Source: Mustelus asterias (lineage: Eukaryota). From it: DNA of 64,000 bases. The stretch covers positions 18,104,001-18,168,000 of the forward strand of contig NC_135816.1 of NCBI RefSeq assembly GCF_964213995.1. Direction: 5' to 3'. Below, one piece after another: positions 49,012 to 61,826 of this stretch (position 1 is its first letter; the number at the start of each line of letters is the position of its first letter). Below the pieces are notes generated by a model. That model did no database searches. It worked only from the letters and a program-made list of their open reading frames with translations, and was not told the DNA's origin. Made by a program: the position numbers and the translations under genes.

Positions 49012-51480
49012 TCTGATTTTTGATCAGATGGTTGAAAAAGAACAAGATCAGGTGGAGGATGAGGTGGATACTTTTAGTTTGGGAAGGTTGGCAGAGTTGC
49101 AACAGAAAGATATAGAAATAAAACAAATGTATCAGAAAGCATACACGGAAGAGGAATCTGAGTGTATTGTGGTCTAAGTGGTATTGCCGGTAGGGTGTAG
49201 AAAGGAGGTTGCAAGTAAAACATGAGGTACCAATGGGAGGACATTTGGGAGTAAGGAAAACTCGAGCTAAAATACAGAAACATTTTTATTGGCCTGGACT
49301 GCATTAAGATGTAGTTAAATTTTGTCGATCATGTCACACGTATCAAGTGATAGGGAAACCTCAAGCGGTGATAAAACCAGCACCCTAATACCCTTTCCAA
49401 CATTTGAGAAATGTTTTATAAGGGTCTTAATTGATTGCGTAGGATCCCTCCCGAAAACAAAAAGTAGAAATCAATATCTATTGACTACATTGTGTGCATC
49501 TCGGTTTCCAGGGGTCATTCCATTACGCAATATTACAGCTAACAGGATTGTAGAGGAGTTACTTCAATTTTTTACTAGGTATGGACTACCCACAGAAATA
49601 CAATCAGACCAAGGATCTAATTTTACCTCAAAGTTATTTAAGGAGGTTATGGATAGCTTAGGAATAAAACAATTTAAATCAACTGTGTACCATCCATCGT
49701 CGTCCAGTACTTCCCCGGAGCAGAGAAGCTACGGCATCTCCTCCGGAGCCTTCAACATGAAGACGAACATCTCGCCAAGGCCATCCCCACACCCCCACTT
49801 CTTGCCTTCAAACAAGCGCACAACCTCAAACAGACCATTGTCCGCAGCAAACTCCCCAGCCTTCAGGAGAACAGTGACCATGACACCACACAACCCTGCC
49901 ACAGCAACCTCTGCAAGACGTGCCGGATCATCGACACAGGTGCCATCATCTCACGTGAGAACACCATCCACCAGGTACACGGTACATACTCTTGCAACTC
50001 GGCCAACGTTGTCTACCTGATATGCTGCAGGAAAGGATGTCCCGAGGCATGGTACATTGGGGAAACCATGCAGACGCTGAGACAACGGATGAATGAACAC
50101 CGCTCGACAATCACCAGGCAAGACTGTTTTCTTCCTGTTGGGGAGCACTTCAGCGGTCATGGGTATTCGGCCTCTGATATTCGGGTAAGCGTTCTCCAAG
50201 GCGGCCTTCACGACACACGATGGTGCAGAGTCGCTGAGCAGAAACTGATAGCCAAGTTCTGCACACATGAGGACGGCCTCAACCGGGATATTGGGTTCAT
50301 GTCACACTATTTGTAATCCCCACAGCTTGCCTGGACCTGCAGAGTTTCACTGGCTGTCTTGTCTGGAGACAATACACATCTTTTTAGCCTGTCTCGATGC
50401 TCTCTCCACTCACATTGTTGGTATCTTAAAGACTTGATTAGCTGTAAGTATTCGCATTCCAACCATTATTCATGTAAATTGAGTCTGTGTCTTTATGTGC
50501 CCTGTTTGTGAACAGAATTTCCACTCACCTGAAGAAGGAGCTTGGAGCTCCAAAAGCTTGTGTGGCTTTTGCTACCAAATAAACCTGTTGGACTTTAACC
50601 TGGTGTTGTTAAACTTCTTACTGTGTTTACCCCAGTCCAACGCCGGCATCTCCACATCATACCATCCAGAATCACAGGGTGCTTTAGAACGGGGGCATCA
50701 AACTTTAAAGACAATGTTGAGGGCTTATTGTCAAGATTATCCAGAGGATTGGGATAAAGGAATTCCATTTGTACTCTTTGCAATTAGGGATGCACCAAAT
50801 GAATCAACCAAATCCAGTCCATTTGAATTGATTTTTAGTTATGAGGTAAGAGGGAGAAATTGGTGAGTGAGCGTTCTGAGACCACATTATTGGACTGTGT
50901 GTCAAATTTTAGGGAAAGGTTGAATAGAGCAGGTGAATTGGCGAGGCAACATTTAAAAATATCAGCACATGATGAAACAGGAAGCAGATAAGAAATCAAA
51001 AATTTGTAGTTTTGCTAGTGGGACAAAGTCTTAGTACTGCAACCTTTAAAAGCAAAGCTTATTCGGCCAAACTGAAAGGAAATTGAGTGAGGTGAATCAT
51101 TTGATAAAAATGCCAAATAAAAGGAAAACTCTCAAAGTGTGTCATGTGAATATGCTTAAAAGGTATTTTGATAGGGAAGGAAAGCAAAGGAAGGATGTTT
51201 TTGTGGTAATACCACAGAGTGTAGAACCAAATTCAGATGACTTTGAATTTGACATTCCTCAAATTAAATTGGATAACGAGGGTGTTATTAAAAATTGGGA
51301 TAAATTACTGAGTTATCTTCCAGAGGAAAATCGAATTGGCCTGATAGAGTTATTAATATTACATGGACAAGCATGTGAGAATACACTGGGAAGTACTAAG
51401 GTAATTGGGAGTGAGATAGTTGTAGAGAGTGCTGTTCTAATTAAACAACATCCTGGCAAATATTCCCTTTCCAAGTTGGC
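49012..51480 (+). pseudogene. Disrupted Gypsy integrase followed by the RT N-terminal region
   Basis: H..H/C..C zinc region (GGHLGVRKT, HFYWPGL, CRSCHT), rve core and C-terminal CHVNMLK, then LLSYLPEE...LIKQHP. Multiple stops and frameshifts. Confidence 0.8.
49697..50659 (+). mobile_element. 5'-truncated Penelope-like element with GIY-YIG endonuclease
   Basis: TCNSANVVYLICCRKGCPEAWYIGETMQTLRQRMNEHR...VGEHF...GLNRD. The pLTR has a CTGAAGA core at 50530. TACCATCCA is duplicated at 49688-49696 and 50660-50668. Confidence 0.92.
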
Positions 51481-51989
51481 ACAGGTTCGGGTGGAAAAAC
51501 TGATGCTTACTCAGTCTGAGATGCAGCGGCCAAAAGTCTCAGTCAATCACACAAAACTGGTGGAGAACGCAACCAGTAGTTGGACAATGATGTGAATAAA
51601 GAAAGTGGGCAGGTGTGGAGACAGATACAAGTCAAGTTGACTGGTTTGGAACATGTTCCTGAGTTGTTCAAATTGTCTGAACATAAATTGCTGGACTGTC
51701 AAAAACAGACCATCATCGATGCAAAGAGACGTGTGGATGAAGCAACAGTCATATGTGATCTCAAAAAGGAGTTTGAGGAGCGGAAGTATCGTACTAATGT
51801 GGATCAAAGGAAAGGACAACGTGAGATCAGACTGTTTGCCAAAATTGTACCATCATCTAAAATGAATTTCTGGCATAATGATTCTGTGCAGTGTACAGAG
51901 ATGCGGGTGCCCAGTGAAACAGCACTGTATGCAGCTGGTGTTTGAATAAATTATGGTGGTTTTTGCAGCAGCGTAACTGACACTGTTAT

Positions 51990-52306
51990 TTGTTTTTTTA
52001 TACTTTTCCAATTCAATCAAATCAAATCCAATTCAGAGTCTCAACAAGTTGAGACATTTCCGATCCAGGCTGACAAGACAGGGCATGCAATCCTCTACCC
52101 TGTCTTGGGCCTGATCTACATGAGCCAAGCTGATTGGAGTAGGCGGACATCTCCGCCCCCCCCAGGCTTGATCTCATTTGCATCTTAGCCAAAAGGCCAA
52201 GACACCGCTTTTAAAAATTGCTTCATATGAATCATATGAAGCTTAAATGCAACCCAATGGCCACTACCAAGTGCAGCATCACCAGACCACACTTGATCTT
52301 AGCCAA
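51990..52306 (-). mobile_element. Candidate U2-snRNA-derived retroposon
   Basis: Two 20/21-nt matches to the 5' region of U2 snRNA (52182-52202 and 52286-52306) and a GATTT-repeat/A-rich 3' end. Confidence 0.5.
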
Positions 52307-52633
52307 GTAACCATGGTCGAAATAGGTTCCGACACCAAGAAAGACAATCTGCTGTGTGTCTTTGCCAAAGAGTGTGCAGAAATTGATGGTGAAGATCGAG
52401 AGCAAACAAAGGAGTCAAATTGTTTAGCAGAGGAGGAGCTAAGGCCAATGAACAAGAAAGCGGACAAGATAAAATGACCTTCCTGAATGGCCCTGACTAC
52501 ACACATGTAATGTGTTATCCTGCTGATTCTGCTTCGTTCTCTGAGGACATTGCCAGAGCTAATTTATCATTGCAACAACAAACTGAGTTTGGATTTGGAA
52601 TCAAAGCAGGATTAAAGACTGAAGGAGAATATT

Positions 52634-53038
52634 TTGATTTGATTTAATTTGATTTATTGTCACATGTATTGGGATACAGTGAGAAGTATTGCTTCTTGCA
52701 TGCTATACAGACAAAGCATACTGTTCATAGAGAAGGAAATGAGAGAGTGCAGAATGTAGTGTTACAGTCATAGTTAGGGTGTAGAGAAAGATCAACTTAG
52801 TGCGGGATAGGTCCATTCAAAAGTCTGATGGTAACAGGGAAGAAGCTGATCTTGGGTCAGTTGGTATGTGACCTCAGACTTTTGTGTCTTTTTCCCGACG
52901 GAAGAAAGTGGAAGAGAGAATGTCCGGGGTGCGTGGGGCCCTTAATTATGCAGGCTGCTTTTCCGAGGCAGCTGGGAGGCTGGTTTGTGTGATGGACTGG
53001 GCTTCATTCACGACCTTTTGTAGTTTCTTGCGGTCTTG
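52634..53038 (-). mobile_element. Rex1/Babar-like LINE 3' end
   Basis: Reverse complement of 56056-56487 with an (ATCAA)n tail. Confidence 0.8.
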
Positions 53039-53276
53039 GAGAATTATTGCGGTATTGAAGAGGAAGCTGTTTGTCACAAATGTGATAAAAGAAGGAGTGT
53101 TCGATGGTGGAAGACAAGGACTGAAAGGGACTACATTAGTATTATATTTGCATGTTTTGATTTTGTAACAATGTAAGTATATTTATTGTAGAGTCCTAGT
53201 ACTGTGAAACTGAAAGATTTGAAAAATGATACCATCTTTGAAAGTTGATGGTTCATTTTATTCTTAAGAGGGGAGG

Positions 53277-53959
53277 TGTGATGTTAGTGTACCTTTAAGA
53301 GTGTTTTCTTTTAATTCATGCTCACAGCCTTAGGTGATGTCATTGTTGGGAGGAGGAAAAAACTGTGGGCAGGTCAAGTGACAGGAGTTCAGTTTCAGTT
53401 TTGGGAGTTGGCATGTTAGCAGCATCAAGCTGGAAGAGAAATCTCTTTCTCTCTCCCTGTTTTTTTTCCTTTGGAAATTCTGTTCTTTTCCTGAATCTGC
53501 TGTTGTTGGGGGCTGGACCAGAGTCTCTCTGGGGTTTTGGGAAGCTGTCTTGTCTTCAAACCGTTTGGAGTGAATCCAGAGAACTGCAGACTTCAACCAA
53601 AGGACTCAATTTCCATTATCACGTGAGCAGTAGACTTTGCTGTAGACAACCTGTTTAAAAGGTTGTTTAAGGAGGCTGGTTGATTGGAACACATTATATA
53701 TCTTTGTTAAGGGTTATACATTATAGTGGTTGTTTTGTTTCTTGTTTGTAATTGATAAAAGTTCTTGCTAATTTTCTTACTATACATATTGACTATATTC
53801 TTAAATAAACTTTGTTTGATAAAAGCTCCCTTGTGGGTCATTTGAATCATACCTGAAGTGAAGCCTATTGTGCTTATCCTAGCCAAATTCATGATGTAAA
53901 ACTTATGATCTGAGCGGACTCCACAAAATACTTTGGAGTTTCTGACTTGAACCATAACA
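53277..53959 (+). repeat. LTR copy 2
   Basis: Preceded by the PPT. TGTGATG...CATAACA, alignable to copy 1 along its length. Confidence 0.9.
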
Positions 53960-55711
53960 ATTGGGGGGCTTGTCTGGGATTAAAATCTATATTTCTTGAT
54001 TGATTTGGGATTACTGAACTCAAAGACAGTGAGTGGTGAGCGTATTGGTGTTTTCTTTTAGGTCTTGTACTCAGGTTTAAATAGGGAGTGCCTTGTGGAA
54101 TAATGGCTCTTTCAGAGGCTAAGAAGTTCTTGAGGGGGACCCTTTGTCAAAGCTGCTCATTTATCAGGCAATTATTGGTTTGTCATTTTGTTATATCCAG
54201 CTTGATACTTTGTGTGTACATGAATTCTATTGCTAATCAGCATGATCCGTATTACTTCACATTATAGACATTAGCTTATAATCTATTCTGTACATGCAAT
54301 AATTACTGTTCTATTTTTCAGTTCTTTAATGAATGTATTTATATTGACTTAAGATGAAATTTAATAAAATCATGTATATTTTGTCCTATCTGTTAACATG
54401 CTGCTTATAAGCTTTACTTGCAGCAAAGTTTAATTGGAATCCTGTTAATGAAATGCTAACATTAACGTTACCAGGGAATCATGCCTGTGCACAATGTGAA
54501 TGCTGACTGACCTCTTCTGTTCAGACTAATTAGAATCACCTTCAGCTATCATTTGAAGCTGTGTTACGTTTACAAATAGCATCCTTCAGAGACACTGCAC
54601 TTTTGCTGTTTCTCATGCATCCGTTTGTCAGAAAGGAATCCTTTACAGATAACCTTAGAAATCTAACTCCAAGTTTGAAAAAAAGAAAGTTAACAGCTGA
54701 GACTCTCAGCCGAGCTTTGACTAAACTCACTTTCATGTCCTTTTTAAATTCATTATCCAGAATACGGCATTCTCTCGTTTCCTTCTCTATGAACGGTATG
54801 CTTTGTCTGTATAGCGCGCAAGAAACATGTGACAAATCAAATTAAATCAACAGAATAAATAGAACTTGATATTTAAATGCCTCAATAGTGTGTGCCATTA
54901 AATGGGAATGATGTGTCTGTGAATGTACCCTTCAGTAGGAAACAGAAGACCAGGAGAGCAAGCATTAATCACTTGGAACGTAAAATGGTGTGAAAGGAAT
55001 CATACATTGCTTACAGCACACAAGGAGGCCATTCAGCCCTGTCAGTGCTGGCGCTTTGTGAGAACAACTCAACTAGTCCCACTCTTCTGCATCTTCTCCA
55101 TTGTCCAGCAAATCTTTACTCTTCAGGTAATTTTCCGATACTCTTTTGCGAGCCCCAATTGAATCTGCTCCCACCACACTCCAGGGTAGGTCATTTAAAT
55201 CCTAACCACTCCCTGCATAAAAAAGTGTTTCCTCATGTCACCTCTGGTTCCTTTGCCAATCGCTTTAAACCTTTGCTTAATGGTTCTCAATCCTTCCACC
55301 AATGCAAAAGGTTTCTCCCTCTCTGTCCAGATTCTTCATGATTTTGAACACATCTTCAAATCTTCTCCAAGGAGAACAGTCCCCATGCAACTGAAGTTCC
55401 CAAGGTCAAGAAAGGTACTGAAAACTCCTTTTGTTGGATTAGCAGGAAATTAACTTGTGTTTATGTGGCACCTTCGCATTGTTGCAAAGCTGTGCTTTAT
55501 GGAAAATGATGGAAAATCACATTGAGAGACTGAAGCAACATTCCAGTGGCCAGGAAGCATGGTTGGAAGATGGCTGAACATTTGCATAACTGTACATGAC
55601 AATGTCTAAAACTATCAAGTGTAGCCCAGTAAAACTCCATCAGAGATAATTACCCTGAAGACATTTCAATGGGCAATTCCTGAACCCTTCACAGGACTTT
55701 CAGACTCGATG

Positions 55712-56487
55712 GCCTGGGGATGGTCTGGTGCGGCAACAATAATCTCTCCCTCGATGTCAACAAAACGAAGGAGATTGTCATCGACTTCAGGAAGCGTAAA
55801 GGAGAACATGCCCCTGTCTACATCAATGGGGACAAAGTTAGAAAGGGTCAAGAGCTTCAAGTTTTTAGGTGTTCAGATCACCAACAACCTGTCCTGGTCC
55901 CCCCTTGCCGACACTATAGTTAAGAAAGCCCACCAACACCTCTATTTTCTCAGAGGACTAAGGAAATTTGGCGACTCTCACCAACCTTAACAGATGCACC
56001 ATAGAAAGCATTTTTTCTGGTTGTATCACAGCTTGGTGCGGCTTCTGCTCTGCCCAAGACAGCAAGGAACTACAAAAGGTCATGAATGTAGCCCAATCCA
56101 TCATGCAAACCAGCTTCCCATCCATTGACTCTGTCTACACTTTCCGCTGCCTTGGCAAAGCAACCAGCATAATTAAGGACCCCACGCACCCCAGACATTC
56201 TCTCTCCCACCTTCTTCTGTTGGGAAAAAGATACAAATGTCTGAGGTCACGTACCAACCGACTCAAGAACATCTTCTTCCCTGCTGCTGTCAGACTTTTG
56301 AATGGACCGACCTCACATTAAGTTGATCTTTCTCTGCACCCTAGCTACGACTTTAACACTACATTCTGCACTCTCTCATTTCCTTCTCTATGAACGGTAT
56401 GTTTTGTCTGTATAGCGCGCAAGAAACAATACTTTTCACTGTATGTTGAAACTTGTGATAATAAATCAAATAAATCAAATCAAATCG
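55712..56487 (+). mobile_element. Rex1/Babar-like LINE 3' portion
   Basis: WCGNNNLSLDVNKTKEIVIDFRK, FKFLGVQITNNLSW, LYFLR and RCTIESIFSGCITAW, ending AATAAATCAAATAAATCAAATCAAATC. Confidence 0.85.
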
Positions 56488-57235
56488 AGGAATAAGCTAT
56501 TAGGTGTATTTAACTCAGACACCAGACCCTGGCTGAGAGAGGAATTCACTCAGCGATAATCCAATCAAATTGAAGCCATGCATTTTAAATCCAATTGCCA
56601 CCACATTGGCGGGATTATACGGCCTTGCTTGTCCCGAAACCATAAAATCCCCACCAAGTTCAATAGACCTTTCTAATGTCCGCCTCTCATCCGCTCCGAT
56701 TCCTGTGGCGGGCAGAACGATAAAATTCCAGCCCATATTTGGGTCATTGGGCAGTTCAAAGAGCATCGTATGACAAGCTAACTCTCATTTGTTTTTCTCC
56801 AGGATACAAGACAGAAGCAGAAAAGGTGCCAGAATGCAAGACTCCTATATAGCACCCCCCTCTTTTTGTCCCCATCCAACTTGCAAATTTGAGCCTTGTC
56901 TATTGTTTGATTATCGATGCACTGCAGGCAAAGGTTTTAAAAAAAAAATCAACCAGCAGTTGTTGTCTCTGAAGGAAAATATAAAGAATGCATCAATATT
57001 TTCACAGTAACTTCATTGCAATGTTAATGTAAGCCTACTTGTGACACTAATAAATAAACTTAAAACTTTAAAACACATTTGAATCATTTTAACGCCGGAT
57101 ACAGTGTGGAATTTTACGGCCTCACTCGATCTGAGACCAGAAAATCCCGCCTGAGGTCAACGGACCTTCCCATTGTCCACCCCTCGCCCGCTCTGATTCC
57201 CGTGGCAGGCGGGGCAATAGAATTCTGGCGACAAA

Positions 57236-57538
57236 GGTTTAAAGTTTATTTCTTAGTGTCACGAGTAGGATTACATGAACACTGCAATGAAGTTACTGTG
57301 AAAATCCCCTTGTTGCCACACTCTGGCGCCTGTTCGGGTACACTGAGGGCGAATTTAGCACGGCCAATGCACCTAACCAGCATGTCTTTCGGACTGTGGG
57401 AGGAAACCGGAGCACCCGGAGGAAACCCACGCAGACACGGGGAGAATGTGCAGACTCCGCACTGACAGTGATCCAAGCCGGAAATCGAACCCAGATCCCT
57501 GGTGCTGTGAGGCAGCACTGTTAACCACTGTGCCACCG
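57236..57538 (-). mobile_element. V-SINE, second tail type
   Basis: Full-length match to 10084-10398. Confidence 0.85.
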
Positions 57539-59174
57539 TTCGACCGTTATCAATATATAAGATTCATACGTCTATAACTTTTATTGGACTTTAAAAAAAA
57601 CCTATGTAAGCCATCTTCACACTCTGTCGCTTATTAATGTGTGTGTTCTTGAAAATTGGAGCATTTTTATTATAAGACCAGGTTAAGTACAATAAATGCC
57701 ATCCCCGTTTTTGAAATAGTCCAGGAAACCTGTCTGTGTGTGTCCTTTGCAGGCACAGCACTTAAACAGTTAAACAGTCACCGAATTGACAAAAACCTAT
57801 TGCGGTCAAATGAGGAGTGGGAAAAGAGGGGAAGCATTACATCACTCCTCACCGAATCTGAACAGCATAATAAAACATTCCAAGGTGCTTTACAGCAGCG
57901 TTATAGAGAAACATGTGACTCGGAGCCACTTAAGACACCATTAGGGCAGATGTCCAAAATCTTGATAAAAGAGGCAGGTAGTAATTGAGTGAAAGGAAAC
58001 GCTTCAAGTACCTTAAGCAATAATGAAAGCATATATTCTTGCCAAAGACCTTAGCTCTCCATGACTCAACGTCTATGAAGTTTCTCCCCTACCGTTATTT
58101 TCCTTTCTTGTTTCCTCTGTAAAATTACGCTGCAACCTAATGTCTGGGCCTTTGATTTCTACTGGTGTTAGCTGACACCAGTCTTCGACTATCCATTTCT
58201 GATTTATTTTACAGATTGCTATTGCATCTTTTCTGTCACATTTTTCACAAATCACTGATTTTAGCTGAAATACCAGGGGCTGAATTGAAGCATTAACACC
58301 AATCGTCTCAATCGGCTGAGTGTTTAAATCACAGCTACTTGTTAACAGCTGCACCACACATGGAGTTTTGGAGCAGTTTTGAAGTCCACAATCTGTCTAA
58401 TAAGAGTGACAAGTTTATTATGATCTTGTGCAGTGTTATATATTGAAATGTACACAAATTAGTAAAGTTTATTTAATAGTCACAAGTAGGCTTACATTAA
58501 CACCACGCTGGAATCAATTCTTTCAGGTCACCCCTCACAAACTCTGTACTCTCGCCATGAACTTCATCCCCCTCATCTTTAAAGTTTATTTAGGCTTACA
58601 TTAACACTGCAGTGAGGTTACTGTGAAATTCCCCAAGTCGCCACACTCCGGCACCTGTTCAGGAGAACGTGCAAACTCCACACAGACAGTGACCCAAGCC
58701 AGGAGTTGAACCCGGGTCCCTGGCGCTGTGAGGCAGCAGTGCTAACCACTGTGCCACCGTGCTGCTCATCTTCTCAAGCTAAACAAACTGACTCCGAACT
58801 TGGTGTCCCACTTGTCACTGAGCTGAGCTTCCAACACCAGATCTTCTCCATTGAGGACCATCTAATTCCACCTCTCTAACATCAATTGCCTGTGTTTAGC
58901 TTAGTCCATTTACCACTAAACTCCTCATCCATGCTGTTGTCACCTCCATGATTTGTCCAATCAATTGGCCTTTTTGCTCGTCTACCTCGGTCTCTAGTTC
59001 TCCAACACCTGAAATTTATGATTCTCATCTGTGTGAATAAATTCCTCAATGACCTCACCCTTTCTGAACTCTAACCTTCCCCAGCGGCGGCACCTCCACA
59101 CGAGAATTCTCAGTTCCTCTGACTCTGACCCCTTGCTGAGCTCCTCCCTCCTCTTATATCTCACCTCTGGTGGT

Positions 59175-60797
59175 ATAGAACATAGAACATAGAACAGTAC
59201 AGCACAGAACAGGCCCTTCAGCCCACGATGTTGTGCCGAGCTTTATCTGAAACCAAGATCAAGCTATCCCACTCCCTATCATCCTGGTGTGCTCCATGTG
59301 CCTATCCAATAACCGTTTAAATGTTCCTAAAGTGTCTGACTCCACTATCACTGCAGGCAGTCCATTCCACACCCCAACCACTCTCTGCGTAAAGAACCTA
59401 CCTCTGATTTCCTTCCTGTATCTCCCACCACGAACCCTATAGTTATGCCCCCTTGTAATAGCTCCATCCACCCGAGGAAATAGTCTTTGAACGCTCACTC
59501 TATCTATCCCCTTCATCATTTTATAAACCTCTATTAAGTCTCCCCTCAGCCTCCTCCGCTCCAGAGAGAACAGCCCGAGCTCCCGCAACTTTTCCTCATA
59601 AGACCTACCCTCCAAACCAGGCAGCATCCTGGTAAATCTCCTCTGCACTCTTTCCAACGCTTCCACATCCTTCCTATAGTGAGGTGACCAGAACTGCACA
59701 CAATACTCCAAATGTGGTCTCACCAAGGTCCTGTACAGTTGCAGCATAACCCCATGGCTCTTAAACTCCAACCCCCTGTTAATAAAAGCTAACACACTAT
59801 AGGCCTTCTTCACAGCTCTATCCACTTGAGTGGCAACCTTTAGAGATCTGTGGATATGAACCCCAAGATCTCTCTGTTCCTCCACAGTCTTCAGAACCCT
59901 ACCTTTGACCCTGTAATCCACATTTAAATTAGTCCTACCAAAATAATCACCTCACATTTATCAGGGTTAAACTCCATCTGCCATTTTTCAGCCCAGCTTT
60001 GCATCCTATCTATGTCTCTTTGCAGCCTACAACAGCCCTCCACCTCAGACACTACTCCACCAATCTTGGTGTCATCAGCAAATTTACTGATCCACCCTTC
60101 AGCCCCCTCCTCTAAGTCATTAATAAAAATCACAAAGAGCAGAGGACCAAGCACTGATCCCTCCGGCACTCCGCTAGCAACCTGCCTCCATTCCGAAAAT
60201 TTTCCATCCACCACCACCCTCTGTCTTCGATCAGACAGCCAGTTACCTATCCAATCGGCCAACTTTCCCTCTATCCCACACCTCCTCACTTTCATCATAA
60301 GCCGACCATGGGGGACCTTATCAAACGCCTTACTAAAATCCATGTATATGACATCAACTGCCCTACCTTCATCAACACACTTAGTTACCTCCTCAAAAAA
60401 TTCTATCAAATTTGTGAGGCACGACTTGCCCTTCACGAATCCATGCTGACTATCCTGGATTAATCCGCATCTTTCTAAATGGTCGTAAATCCCATCTCTA
60501 AGGACCTTTTCCATCAATTTACCAACCACCGAAGTAAGACTAACCGGTCTATAATTACCAGGGTCATTTCTATTCCCTTTCTTAAACAGAGGAACAACAT
60601 TCGCCATTCTCCAGTCCTCTGGCACCATCCCCGTGGACAGCGAGGACCCAAAGATCAAAGCCAAAGGCTCTGCAATCTCATCCCTTGCCTCCCAAAGAAT
60701 CCTAGGATACATTTCATCAGGCCCAGGGACTTATCGACCTTCAGTTTATTCAAAACTGCCAGGACATCCTCCCTCCGAGCATCTATTTCCTCCAGGT
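59175..60797 (-). mobile_element. Young 5'-truncated CR1 (HER1-like) LINE with a near-intact RT
   Basis: ORFs 59924-60712 and 59259-59921 contain NYRPVSLTS, YMDFSKAFDKV, GVPEGSVLGP and FADDTK. One frameshift near 59945 and a (TTCTATG)n tail. Confidence 0.95.
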
Positions 60798-60827
60798 ATC
60801 TAGATTCCAACGTAGTGTTGGTTAGAG

Positions 60828-61180
60828 ATGGGGAGGTGCTGGCCTAGTGGTATTATCTCTAGACTCTCAATCCAGAAACTCAGCTAATGCTCTGGGGACC
60901 CAGGTTCGAATCCTGCCACACCAGATGGTGGAATTTGAATTATAAAATAAATCAGGAATTAATAATCTAATGATGACCATGAAACCATTGTCGGAAAAAC
61001 CCATCTAGTTCTTTATGGAAGGAAACCTGCCGTCCTTACTGGTCTGGCCTACATGTGACTCCATAGTCATAGCAATGTGGTTGACTCTCAACTGCCTTCC
61101 TCTGAACAAGGGTAACTAGGGATGGACACTAAATGCTGGCCAGCCAGCAACGCCCATGTCCCACAAATGAATAAACAAAA
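60828..61180 (+). mobile_element. tRNA-headed SINE of a second family
   Basis: TGGCCTAGTGG A box and GGTTCGAATCC B box, with the same body as 21238-21552. Confidence 0.75.
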
Positions 61181-61269
61181 AGTAGCAAGTCTTTCTGGAA
61201 GATATCCGAGCCAAACTACACAACTTGATATAGGAATGGTAGGTTATGGATGGGACAAAAGAGTGGAGA

Positions 61270-61567
61270 ACAAGAGGTCACAGGTATAGGTTGACAGGTG
61301 GTAGATTTGAAACTGAGATGAGGAGGAACTACTTCCCACAGAGGGTGGTGAATTTGTGGAACTCGCGGTGGAGTCTGAATTGTTGAATGGTTTCAAGAGA
61401 GAGAGATAGACATATTTCTAATAACAAAAAGGAAAGAGGGATATGGAGAACAGGAGGGGAGGTGGATTTGAGATCAGGGAGAGATCAGCCATAATTGGAT
61501 TGAATGACGGAGCAGGCTCAAAGGGTTGAATTTACCTACTTCTGCTCCTAATTGTTATGTTCCTATA
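61270..61567 (+). mobile_element. CR1 LINE 3' end
   Basis: TRGHRYRL...EMRRNYFPQRVVNLWNS followed by a 3' UTR. Confidence 0.75.
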
Positions 61568-61826
61568 TCTGAATACAACGCAAGAGTCACTGGTTTGGGC
61601 TGGCTGTTAATAACTGGATTCATTGCAGGGCAATTGCCATGTAAACAACACAGGCATCAGAGATCGTCACCACTCAGTAAAATAAACTCTGACAGCTGCC
61701 AGTAACCGGATACATTAAAGACTAGCAGCTCTGTGAAGTAAATACAATAAACACCAGAATTTCTGTAAGTAATCAGGAAGTGTCTGGATAATGAACACTG
61801 CAATCCTTGCCGGTGAAGATTTCCCT

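Larger units (their letters stand above)
47546..54135 (+). mobile_element. Rearranged Gypsy (Gmr1-like) LTR retrotransposon
   Basis: Two LTRs, a tRNA-Pro-like PBS, gag start at 48349, integrase core (IDCVGSLPK, EIQSDQGSNF, YHP|ESQGALER) and a PPT AAGAGGGGAGG at 53266-53276. Confidence 0.9.

Noticed and set aside
52182-52306. Functional U2 snRNA gene
   Set aside because: Only two ~21-nt pieces are present, the branch-point pairing region is altered, and there is no Sm site or 3' domain.
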